From positions 448,001 through 512,000 of the forward strand of contig JAHPZH010000004.1 of assembly GCA_019058315.1 (NCBI GenBank): 64,000 nt of DNA, written 5' to 3'. Both the position numbers and the translations under genes were made by a program. Under the pieces are notes generated by a model. The model was not told where the DNA came from. It was given only the letters and a program-made list of their open reading frames with translations, and searched no databases. This DNA is from Candidatus Helarchaeota archaeon. GTDB lineage: Archaea > Asgardarchaeota > Lokiarchaeia > Helarchaeales > RDOG01. Positions 50,197 to 59,144 of this stretch are shown here, in pieces (the stretch's first letter is position 1; each line of letters opens with the position of its first letter).

Positions 50197-51891
50197 CTAT
50201 TTTATGAATAATTTCCAACCTTTTGGTGACAATTCAATAATTTTTTTATTGCCACTTATAAATTCATTGATATATCCGAAGCTAAGAAGACCTTTTATCC
50301 TCTTTCTTACTGTAGGTTTAGTTATCTGCATTTTTAACCTAATATTTGTATAAGATGGCTTGTTTCCTAGGTTGTTTTGTTCATAAACATATTTTAAAAT
50401 TTCGAACATAGTATTAGGAATATTTATCATAAACTTCGGCTCAATTTTTTTTGTTTCTTTTTCCAATAGCTTAATTTCTGTCTTACTCAGAGTAGATGGA
50501 TCAATTGATAATATTATTATAAGGGAGGTAATGTATGCATGATCTCTCAAATGTTGAATAAATGAAAGAATTTCTTTAAAATTATTTTTAAATATTAGGT
50601 AATCTAATCTATCAATTAAGACTGCACTTTTATTTGGTATTTTTTCTATCTGATTTTCAATTTCTCCAATATTTGGAGATATAGAATGTTTTCCATCCCA
50701 TTCAGAAAGCCAAAAAAATTCGAAATTACCTTTAAAAATATGTTTAAGTTCCTCATCAGGCTTTCTAGAAAAGACAAATCCGTTATAATTTACTTTAAGT
50801 AAATCTTGAAAAGCTTCAAAAGCCAAGATTGGCGAGGTTTCTTCTACTAAATAAATATTTCCATTTTCTAACCTGAATTTCAATAATCTTTCTTTCATTT
50901 CGTCTTCAGCGCGTTTGCGTTCGGTGATATCTTGTGCATGGATTATTAATAAATTATCTGGCATTAAATTATAAGTTATTTCAAGACTTTTTTCTTTATT
51001 TTTTGACCAAACACGAGAAGATATTTCCCTTTTAATTGTGGATCTTGTAATAAAACATCGTTTCATATCTTCTAATATTTCTGGTAAATCCTGATAGAAC
51101 TCTCTTGCAGTTTTTCCTTCAAAATTGATAATTTCACCGTTACTGAATATTTTAGCGGCTTCATTATAATCTTTGAGAATAAAATTTTTACCTTCTTTTT
51201 TCCAAGTGTAAGTAGGGACTGGAATATTTTCGTATTGGACTCTTAATCTTTTCTGTCCATTCAATATTTCTCTGTAAAGGTGGTATCTCTCTACTCCTGG
51301 AGTAATCTGATCTGCTATAGTTTGTAATAGAAATAACGATTCTTTATTATAAATCCCTTTTTGATAACTACCTATGCTAAATAAACCAATTACTTTATTT
51401 CGAGAGACGAGAGGAACGATTAAATATGAATGTATACCCTCAACTGCCAATTTTTGGGATAATGGATCTTTGTTATCTACTAAGTCGTGTAAAATTATAC
51501 CCTTTCGGTTATTCATTACCATTAAGCTAAGTTGGGATTTTCCGATCATAAATTCATGACTTATTTCACTAATACATATATCAGGTTTTAGTGTAAAGAC
51601 TTTTAGGTCTTCGCAGCGTTCATTCAATAATGCCACACTAGCTAGATCAAATTCTATTAATCGCTTAATGGCTTGAATAATCGAGAAAATTATGGTTTCA
51701 AACTCAAATCCCGTTGCGATAATACGAGAAATTTCATTAAGAACTACTAAACGGTAGAAATAAGATTGAAGCTCCTCTCTTGCATGCATATATTCATTAA
51801 CCCCTTTCCCAACTACAAGTTCACTAGCTAAATGTTTATTCTTCCGCTCTTTTTCTAAATTGCTATTTAAATCATTATTAAGAGAGTCCAA
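50197..51891 (-). CDS. One-component regulator GAF-PAS-DUF835-wHTH
   Basis: GAF (EGIHSYLIVPL...VIGLFSIGS); PAS ending QDITERKRAE; DUF835 (FWLS....SISP, VLIDRLDYLI..N.F); HTH ITKPTVRKRIK.L...GYI. Confidence 0.82.
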   Translation of the reverse strand: MDSLNNDLNSNLEKERKNKHLASELVVGKGVNEYMHAREELQSYFYRLVVLNEISRIIATGFEFETIIFSIIQAIKRLIEFDLASVALLNERCEDLKVFTLKPDICISEISHEFMIGKSQLSLMVMNNRKGIILHDLVDNKDPLSQKLAVEGIHSYLIVPLVSRNKVIGLFSIGSYQKGIYNKESLFLLQTIADQITPGVERYHLYREILNGQKRLRVQYENIPVPTYTWKKEGKNFILKDYNEAAKIFSNGEIINFEGKTAREFYQDLPEILEDMKRCFITRSTIKREISSRVWSKNKEKSLEITYNLMPDNLLIIHAQDITERKRAEDEMKERLLKFRLENGNIYLVEETSPILAFEAFQDLLKVNYNGFVFSRKPDEELKHIFKGNFEFFWLSEWDGKHSISPNIGEIENQIEKIPNKSAVLIDRLDYLIFKNNFKEILSFIQHLRDHAYITSLIIILSIDPSTLSKTEIKLLEKETKKIEPKFMINIPNTMFEILKYVYEQNNLGNKPSYTNIRLKMQITKPTVRKRIKGLLSFGYINEFISGNKKIIELSPKGWKLFIK

Positions 51892-51905
51892 AGAACCATT
51901 TCCTA

Positions 51906-52403
51906 CTATAAAAACGCTGCTAATTCGCTAAATACTTCTCTTACGTTTATATTTAAAAGTGCTGAAGTCTCAAAAAAAGCATTTAAATTTAAATTACCTT
52001 GAAGCTCTTTTCCTTCTAGATACGTAATTTGGCGTTCGAAGTCTAAGTCAGATTTATTTCCAACTAGAATATAGGGTATATTTCTGTTTAAATTATTACT
52101 TAAATCTTGTTTCCAATCAAATATCTCATCAAAAGTATATTTTCTTGTGATATCATAAATTAAAATACAACCATCTGTTTTACTAAAATATTCTCTCCAA
52201 GCATCCCTAAGAAAGGTCTGTCCTCCTAAATCCCAAATTCGTAATCCTATTTGTTTTCCATTCAAGTTAAGTATTTTGAACCCGATATTCATTACTAGCG
52301 TAGGTCGATGTGTGACATCAATTAATTCTCCAGTGATCGCTTGAAAAAGTGCAGTTTTACCAACTCTATCAGAACCAAGTAAAAGAATTTTGTACTCTTC
52401 CAT
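51906..52403 (-). CDS. Small GTPase, paralog of 7265..7771
   Basis: GSDRVGKT, HRPT, WDLGGQTFLRDAW..YF, NKSD, ETSAL. Confidence 0.9.
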   Translation of the reverse strand: MEEYKILLLGSDRVGKTALFQAITGELIDVTHRPTLVMNIGFKILNLNGKQIGLRIWDLGGQTFLRDAWREYFSKTDGCILIYDITRKYTFDEIFDWKQDLSNNLNRNIPYILVGNKSDLDFERQITYLEGKELQGNLNLNAFFETSALLNINVREVFSELAAFL

Positions 52404-52464
52404 CTTTTTTACCTAATAATTTTATAAGGAATCCCAATAATTCATAATTTTTTCTAAATTTTTA

Positions 52465-53646
52465 TTATTGTCGAAAAACTGGTCTCTTTCTTCTCTTAAT
52501 TAATTTTTTAAGTTCCTCATTAATAGTCTCTGATAGCGACTTGATATTTTGTGGTGGTATATTAATATCTGTTTTTAACGGACGAATGTTAGCAGCTGGA
52601 ATGGAAGATTTTTTGATATCTTCGATTAATTTTCCATGATATTCGATCATTTTACCGTGATCTTCGACTTTACTTTCAATATTGAACAACATTTCGCCTA
52701 ATTCTGTACGTAACTCTAAAAACATATCCAATATTTTTCCATAAGATTGATTAAAGGATCTCTCTATTGGTTGTTTCGATGAATCTCTGTCCGCAAAATT
52801 CCGAATTTCATTGATTATTGTTTGACTATCTCCCAAGGAATCAAAAATACTATACTCATTTATTTCGTATTTAAAATTTTTTCCATGATCTTTAAATAAT
52901 TTATTAATCCTATGCCTCAATAAATTAATGGAGTCTTTTATTTCCTTTTTATTTTTGATATCGGGGTCAACTTTATTTATAATCACTAATATCTCAGGAT
53001 TTTCTTTTAATAAATCTAAAATTTTTAGAACATCTTTAAAATATTCTATTGCGTCATTAAAATGCTCTGGATCTTGAACATCAATTACAAAAATCAACAA
53101 TGAAATATTAACAAAATATTTTTCTGCGCTTTGGATATATTCTTTTCTAAATTGATTCTGTCCCCCCATATCTACAATAACATAATGTAATCCCATTTTA
53201 TTAAGGGTTTGGTGACGTAACATCTCATATTTTACTCCCATTGTAGGTGTGTCATTTATAAAAACATCTAAATTTAATTTCTGTTTCATAATCTTTGATA
53301 TTGCAGTCTTTCCTGCGTAATTAAGTCCTACTATTGATACTTTTTGAGGTCCTAAGAATTGCTCAATTTTGTTTTCATTTATAACTTTAGAAATAAATAA
53401 CCAGATATTGAGATCATAAAGATCAATACCCAATGAAATGAGCATCTGATAATTATCATCCGTTATTTCTTTTTCCGCAAATTCCCCTATTGTAGAAATT
53501 TTTAGAATATTTTTCAAAATTGATGCTTTTTTTTCGTTAATACCTTTTATGATAATTAAATCTTGATTAATTATTTCTTTTAAGGTCCCTAGATGATCTG
53601 GAATCTCTATTACATTACTAATTTTTTCTAATATTGATTCATTCAA
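52465..53646 (-). CDS. HhH (DUF4332-like) + Arf/Rag-like GTPase + coiled coil; paralog of 6047..7240
   Basis: DLIIIKGINEKKA HhH, GLNYAGKT, TPT, DMGGQ, NKVD, YSIF; AGGAG RBS before TTG. Confidence 0.82.
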   Translation of the reverse strand: MNESILEKISNVIEIPDHLGTLKEIINQDLIIIKGINEKKASILKNILKISTIGEFAEKEITDDNYQMLISLGIDLYDLNIWLFISKVINENKIEQFLGPQKVSIVGLNYAGKTAISKIMKQKLNLDVFINDTPTMGVKYEMLRHQTLNKMGLHYVIVDMGGQNQFRKEYIQSAEKYFVNISLLIFVIDVQDPEHFNDAIEYFKDVLKILDLLKENPEILVIINKVDPDIKNKKEIKDSINLLRHRINKLFKDHGKNFKYEINEYSIFDSLGDSQTIINEIRNFADRDSSKQPIERSFNQSYGKILDMFLELRTELGEMLFNIESKVEDHGKMIEYHGKLIEDIKKSSIPAANIRPLKTDINIPPQNIKSLSETINEELKKLIKRRKRPVFRQ

Positions 53647-53766
53647 ATTGTTAAATCTCCTTAATTATCAAATCTTCATTATTACAGTATTGGAAACTCT
53701 AAATTGGAATTACATAGATTTATAACAGAATTCCCAAATTTTTCAAAATAGAAGAACTAAGCATTG

Positions 53767-53799
53767 CATTTAAATAATTTAAGTCAAATGGAAAGAACA
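53767..53799 (-). promoter_or_regulatory. Operator site plus TATA box upstream of HhH-GTPase operon
   Basis: Minus strand reads TGTTCTT-TCCAT-TTGACTT-AAATTA-TTTAAATG; the site is 16/19 identical to the 33683 site. Confidence 0.6.
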
Positions 53800-53809
53800 T
53801 AAAAACTTA

Positions 53810-53836
53810 AAAATAAATAAAAATAAAAAAAAAAAT
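53810..53836 (-). terminator. Oligo(T) archaeal-type terminator after surface-protein gene
   Basis: Long T-tract on the minus strand immediately after the stop at 53838. Confidence 0.4.
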
Positions 53837-53837
53837 T

Positions 53838-56800
53838 TTACTCTTTTACTTCTTCTTCTGGGGACTTAAAAAATTCATATAATCCAAATGCTACTATTGC
53901 ACCTACTGCTGCGATTCCTATGAATATAAAAGTCATATTAAATTGTTCTCTTGGCATTAAAGCTAATAATTGTGAAAGATTATCATTATCAGCTTTTTTT
54001 GTAACCGTATAATGTTCATAATTCCAAACTACACAGTTATTGCTAGTATCATTCACCCAAATTGTATAATTAACAGTTATTCCTAGAAATTTTTGAGGAA
54101 TTGTAAAATTCCAATAGCCATCTTGATAATTACCTGAAAGTAAGGTCATTGTATAATTTAAGAAAACCCCTGAATGATTAGAAATTAAAAGAACTGTATC
54201 TACTCCAATATTATCAGTTACATGGACAGTTATGTTAACTGAATCTAGACTTGTAGGCCAATTTGGATCTCTAGATACCGAAGTTATATTTGGTAGATCA
54301 GAATCAGGTACTTTGTACTGAAATGAACCATTAATGGCAAAGTTATTTTCAGTATCATTTGCTATAATTGTATAATTAACGATTGTTGATTGAGGATATG
54401 CAGAGATCGTATAATTCCAATAACCATCTAGAGCAGTTCCTGAAAGTAGATCCATCGTATAATTTGTCGGAGAACCAGTATGATTTGAATTGATTAAAAC
54501 AACATCTACTCCCGTGTTGTCTGTAATGTGCACAGTGATATTCACTTCATCCAAATCACTTGGAGTTACAGGATCTCTTAAGACCAAAATGATTTTAGGA
54601 TCCTCATTATCGTTGATAGTATATTGATATGATCCATCTGTATCAGTATTGCCATTCGTATCATTGACCCAGATTGAGTAATCTATTGTTGTTCCAGCGG
54701 GATATGCGGGGATACTATAGTTCCAATAACCATCTTGAGCTGTTCCCGAAAGGAATTCCATTGTATAATTAGTCGAAGACCCAGTATGGTTTGAGTTGAT
54801 TAAAACGACATCCGCTCCCGTGTTATCTGTAATATGAACTGTTATATTAACCGAATCTAAATTACCAGGGGCAAGAGGATCTCTTGAAACTAAAACAATA
54901 ACTGGATTTTCATTATCACTAATTGTATATTGGTATGGGCCATCAATTTCAGAATTTTTAAATGTGTCATTAGCCAAGATCGAGTAAGTTATTGTTGTCC
55001 CAGCGGGATATGCGGGGATAGTGTAGTTCCAATAACCATTTTGAGTTGTCCCCGAAAGGAAATCCATTGTATGATTAGTCGAAGACCCAGTATGGTTTGA
55101 GTTGATTAAAACAATATCTACTCCCGTGTTATCTGTAATATGAACAGTGATATTTACCGTATTTAAATTACCAGGGGCAATAGGATCTCTCGAAACCAAA
55201 ATAATATTTGGATTCTCATTATCACTAATTTTATATTGATACGGTCCATCAGTATCGGTATTGAAATATGTATCATTAACCCAAAATGAGTATATAATTG
55301 TTGTCCCAGTGGGATATGCGGGGATGGTAAAGTTCCAATAACCATCTTTAACAGTCCCTGAAAGTAGGTCCATTGTATAATTGGCTTGAGAACCTGTATG
55401 ATTTGAATTGATTAAAACAGTATCTACTCCACCGTTATCTGTAATATGCACAGTAATATTCACCGAATCTAAATTACCAGGAGCTGCAGGGTCTCTTGAA
55501 ACTGAAGTGATATTTGGGTCCTCAAGATCTCCTAATAAAGAATACATTACTTCTCTATCATTTCCCCATTCTCCATTGGTATCATCAGACCAAACCACAT
55601 ATATATTTCCATATATATCTGTGTCAATACTAGGAAATAAACTGTTATCAACATTCCACCTTGTAAGGTCATCTGATATAACAGTCGCATTAGACCAACC
55701 CGAAATTGTGTAATTTGCATAAAATATTTCACCATCTGTTCCCCATTCACCATTTGTAATATCAACCCAAGCTACGTGAATGTTTCCATTTATATCCGAG
55801 ACTATCCGAGGACTTTGGCTTATTCCATCATTCCAACCGTAAATGTCAGAAATTATTGTTGCATTAGACCATCCTGTAGTTGTGAAATTTACATAAAATA
55901 TTTCTACATCCGTTCCCCATTCACCATCTGTTTCATCATACCATACTATGTGTAAGTTGCCGTTTTTATCAATATCTATATCAGGAGAATAACTGCTATC
56001 ATCATTCCATCCATATAGATCGGAAATTACAGAAGCATTGGACCAACCCGAGGTTGTATAATTTGCATACATTATTTCAGCATCTGTTCCCCACTCACCA
56101 TCCGTTGCATCCTGCCAAACGATATGGAGATTTCCGCTGTTATCTACAGCAATTCTAGGGATTTCACTAATGTCATCATTCCATCCATATATATCAGAAA
56201 TCGCAGTCGCATTTGACCATCCTGCAGCTGTATAGTTCATATAAAATATCTCTGCATCAGTTCCCCACTCACCAATGGTGAAATCTTGCCAAACCACATG
56301 TAAATTTCCACTATCATCTACAGCAATACTAGGATAATGACTTGCTCCATCATTCCACCCATAAATATCTGAAATTACAGTTGTGTTAGACCATCCTGCA
56401 GCGGTATAATTAGCATACATTATTTCAATATCTGAACCCCATTCACCATCTGTCCAATCTTCCCAAACTACATGTAAATCACCATTTTTGTCTGTGGCTA
56501 TATCGGGATAAAAACTACTGTCATCGTTCCAACCGTAAATATCTGAAATTGCAGTTACATTAGACCAACCTGTGATAGTATAATTGACATATAGTATTTC
56601 ATAATCTGTACCCCATACTCCGTTTGTGTCATCAGACCAGACAACATGTACATTTCCATCATTATCTGTGGCAATACTTGGCGAATTACTAAGATCTACA
56701 TTCCATCCAGTAATATCATCCGAAATCACGGTAGCATTAGACCAACTCACTCTAGAAGAAATGAATTGGCTTTTTTTATTGAAAAAATTTATAGTATTTA

Positions 56801-56891
56801 TCGGAGTAATTGAATAGCAAAGGCTTAAAATTGAAAATAGTGTCAATTGAGATATTAGAATGTAAAATATATGTTTCTTTTTAATTGTCAA
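53838..56891 (-). CDS. Cell-surface protein: signal sequence, 7-repeat beta-propeller, five Ig-like repeats, TM helix, short acidic tail
   Basis: Seven ~58-aa repeats WSNAT.ISD..GWND..S..P.I..D..GN.HVVW.D.T.GEWG.D.EI.Y.NYT; five ~102-aa repeats P.I..VSRDP..P...VNITVHITDN.GVD.V; C-terminal TM; AGGAGG RBS. Confidence 0.85.
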   Translation of the reverse strand: MTIKKKHIFYILISQLTLFSILSLCYSITPINTINFFNKKSQFISSRVSWSNATVISDDITGWNVDLSNSPSIATDNDGNVHVVWSDDTNGVWGTDYEILYVNYTITGWSNVTAISDIYGWNDDSSFYPDIATDKNGDLHVVWEDWTDGEWGSDIEIMYANYTAAGWSNTTVISDIYGWNDGASHYPSIAVDDSGNLHVVWQDFTIGEWGTDAEIFYMNYTAAGWSNATAISDIYGWNDDISEIPRIAVDNSGNLHIVWQDATDGEWGTDAEIMYANYTTSGWSNASVISDLYGWNDDSSYSPDIDIDKNGNLHIVWYDETDGEWGTDVEIFYVNFTTTGWSNATIISDIYGWNDGISQSPRIVSDINGNIHVAWVDITNGEWGTDGEIFYANYTISGWSNATVISDDLTRWNVDNSLFPSIDTDIYGNIYVVWSDDTNGEWGNDREVMYSLLGDLEDPNITSVSRDPAAPGNLDSVNITVHITDNGGVDTVLINSNHTGSQANYTMDLLSGTVKDGYWNFTIPAYPTGTTIIYSFWVNDTYFNTDTDGPYQYKISDNENPNIILVSRDPIAPGNLNTVNITVHITDNTGVDIVLINSNHTGSSTNHTMDFLSGTTQNGYWNYTIPAYPAGTTITYSILANDTFKNSEIDGPYQYTISDNENPVIVLVSRDPLAPGNLDSVNITVHITDNTGADVVLINSNHTGSSTNYTMEFLSGTAQDGYWNYSIPAYPAGTTIDYSIWVNDTNGNTDTDGSYQYTINDNEDPKIILVLRDPVTPSDLDEVNITVHITDNTGVDVVLINSNHTGSPTNYTMDLLSGTALDGYWNYTISAYPQSTIVNYTIIANDTENNFAINGSFQYKVPDSDLPNITSVSRDPNWPTSLDSVNITVHVTDNIGVDTVLLISNHSGVFLNYTMTLLSGNYQDGYWNFTIPQKFLGITVNYTIWVNDTSNNCVVWNYEHYTVTKKADNDNLSQLLALMPREQFNMTFIFIGIAAVGAIVAFGLYEFFKSPEEEVKE
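54001..55529 (-). repeat. Five tandem ~306-bp coding repeats (Ig-like stalk)
   Basis: Units 2 and 3 share long identical DNA tracts (e.g. GTCGAAGACCCAGTATGGTTTGAGTTGATTAAAAC). Confidence 0.85.
55530..56744 (-). repeat. Seven tandem ~174-bp coding repeats (propeller blades)
   Basis: Repeats are visible at both protein and DNA level. Confidence 0.85.
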
Positions 56892-57215
56892 AAGCCTCCT
56901 TTTTTTTTATTAAGGAATATTAGGCGGGGTTTTAAAAAGCAGCATTGAATTTAATATATTAAGTCTAATCAAATGAATATAAATTTCTCTTATTTTACAT
57001 AAAGATCTAATCAAAAATTACTATGCCAATCCTTCTAAGCTCTGATTTAGCCATTCTGAAAAATCTATTTGTTTCTAATAAGCTTTTTCTTACAATATAG
57101 TATTCATTGCCATTGTTTTTGAAATGTGGAGTTTCATATACAAGAGTTCCTGATTTAGTTTTGTAAATTTCATATTTGTTTCCCATTTTTTTTCAAATTT
57201 AAAAATACATCATTA

Positions 57216-57262
57216 AATTTAAATAACAAAAGTCAAATCTAAAGGACAAAAAACTTAAAAAA
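57216..57262. promoter_or_regulatory. Operator site flanked by TATA-like elements in the divergent intergenic region
   Basis: Minus strand TGTCCTT-TAGAT-TTGACTT (57248-57230) then TTGTTA-TTTAAATT; on the plus strand it is followed by AAAAAC-TTAAAAAA. About 45 bp resemble 53769-53813. Confidence 0.55.
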
Positions 57263-57356
57263 TCTTCCAAAAATTCCCATTTTTCAAAAATTTTTTATCC
57301 TACCCTAATTTTTAATTTATTACTATGAATTTTTAGGAAATCTGAGGTTTTTTTTC

Positions 57357-57872
57357 ATGCCGAAAGGAGTTCTTTGGCTTAAGTGGAATTTTAAAGATGG
57401 AGTTGTAATTGATTGGAAATTTCCAGAAAATTTGAATTTCGATCAAAAAATTATTTCTAAAATTTATTCTAACTTAACATTTGGCAATATAAACATTCCA
57501 AGATTTGCCACTTTTTCAACTGAGGATATAAATATTGCATCCTTTTTTGGTGGAAGAAGTAATACAGACATGGTTTTATTACTTTTAGAAAATTATGAAG
57601 ATATTAAAGATTTTGAGGAGGCACTTGTCACTTTTTATTTTAATATTCTTCAAGGTAGAATTAATAAAGTAACTTCAATGATGCAATTAATTAAACATTT
57701 TGGTGTTAAAAAGAAAGAAAATGAGATATTGGGTATTTCTGATGATAAATTTAATATTTTTATTAATCTGTTTCAGAATTTTATAGATACTATCGATAAA
57801 CGTTTAATACAGATAGAAGATTTTATTATAAAAATTAACCAATTCCTCCAGAAATTAGGGGAAGGATTATGA
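57357..57872 (+). CDS. Stand-alone uDENN/longin-like protein; paralog of 7784..8305
   Basis: MPKGVLWLKW...G..IDWKFP, NIASFFGG, TIDKRLIQIE; ATGA overlap with the GTPase gene. Confidence 0.72.
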   Translation: MPKGVLWLKWNFKDGVVIDWKFPENLNFDQKIISKIYSNLTFGNINIPRFATFSTEDINIASFFGGRSNTDMVLLLLENYEDIKDFEEALVTFYFNILQGRINKVTSMMQLIKHFGVKKKENEILGISDDKFNIFINLFQNFIDTIDKRLIQIEDFIIKINQFLQKLGEGL

Positions 57873-58375
57873 AGGAATTTAAAATTCTTTTATTAGGTGC
57901 GGGAGCAGTTGGAAAAACAACTTTTTTCCATAATATAACGGGAGAATTATTAGAACTCTCATATAATCCTACTTTTGGTGTAAATATCGGGTCAAAAATT
58001 ATTGAATTAAAGGATAATAAGATAAAAATAAATTTTTGGGATCTTGGAGGTCAAACATTTCTTCGTGATTCTTGGAGCAATTATTACTCGGAAACTGATT
58101 GTGCTATTTTCTTTTATGATATAACGAGAAAAGAAACATTTATAGAAATTTTAAATTGGAAAGAAGAATTAAATGAAATAATAAGTAAACCAATTTCTCT
58201 AATACTTATCGGTAACAAGTCTGATTTAGAATCTGAGAGGCAAGTAACTCAAGAAGAAGGAGAAAAAATACAGAATGAATTAGATGCAATTGCATTTTAT
58301 GAAATATCTGCTTTACATGATATAAACATGAAAATAGTCCTAGAAAAAATTATTTTTACTTTACTTTATACTTAA
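57869..58375 (+). CDS. Small GTPase, paralog of 7265 and 51906
   Basis: GAGAVGKT, YNPT, WDLGGQTFLRDSW..YY, NKSD, EISAL. Confidence 0.9.
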   Translation: MKEFKILLLGAGAVGKTTFFHNITGELLELSYNPTFGVNIGSKIIELKDNKIKINFWDLGGQTFLRDSWSNYYSETDCAIFFYDITRKETFIEILNWKEELNEIISKPISLILIGNKSDLESERQVTQEEGEKIQNELDAIAFYEISALHDINMKIVLEKIIFTLLYT

Positions 58376-58736
58376 ATTGAAAGGTAATTAAGAATTATTT
58401 TAAAAAATCTTGTACTCTATTTTCATTTTTAAGTTATATAATAAATTAATTTTTTATTAATTTTATTTATGAAATAGATCAAATAGGGCTTTAAGTGTGA
58501 TTTATTGTTGCTAATAAAATAAAAACTTTTTAAATATTCCAAAAATATCATAAGTCTTAAAAATCACCCAATTACCAGACTATGCTTCGAATAACCAATA
58601 AAAAAAGCTTTTTTTACTTTAAATTTTGTAAAATTTTAAAAGACCAGGAAAAGAAATTTTAAATTTTTCTAATTTTACCCATTATTTTTCCCTAGTTTAA
58701 TCTAAAGGGGAGGTATATGTTATAAATAGATGGTGT

Positions 58737-59084
58737 ATGAACATGAATGATGAAATTCAAGGAAAAATGGTTAAAGTTTTATCAAATGAAGGAATATTAT
58801 ACAAAGTACATTTTTATGAAGACTTTTGGGAAGAAGATGACATGGAAACTAAATCTAAATTTAAAGTTTGGGAATCAACTTTAGTATTTCTAGGTTTCCT
58901 TATGGCACTAGCACTAGCAACATACATGGCAAAGATATTTTTTATGGCTTATTTCAATGGAGGGTCTATTCTAGTCGATATAAATAGATTAGGTGAAGCG
59001 ACTCTGGAATTTTATCTAGTAATTGTCTCATTAGCGATAATATTTCCTGGATTTATTTGTTATTTTAAAAAGTTTGTAGAATAA
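58737..59084 (+). CDS. Hypothetical 2-TM membrane protein
   Basis: Two hydrophobic segments flanking GGSILVDINRLGEA..E. Confidence 0.6.
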   Translation: MNMNDEIQGKMVKVLSNEGILYKVHFYEDFWEEDDMETKSKFKVWESTLVFLGFLMALALATYMAKIFFMAYFNGGSILVDINRLGEATLEFYLVIVSLAIIFPGFICYFKKFVE

Positions 59085-59144
59085 CTTAATATTTTTATCC
59101 TTTTTTTCTGTTTAATCTCCGTAAAATTTATGAAATCCATTCAA

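Noticed and set aside
53769-57262. Mobile element bounded by direct repeats carrying the surface gene
   Set aside because: No transposase or integrase and no terminal inverted repeats; the similar flanks coincide with the operator-TATA motif.
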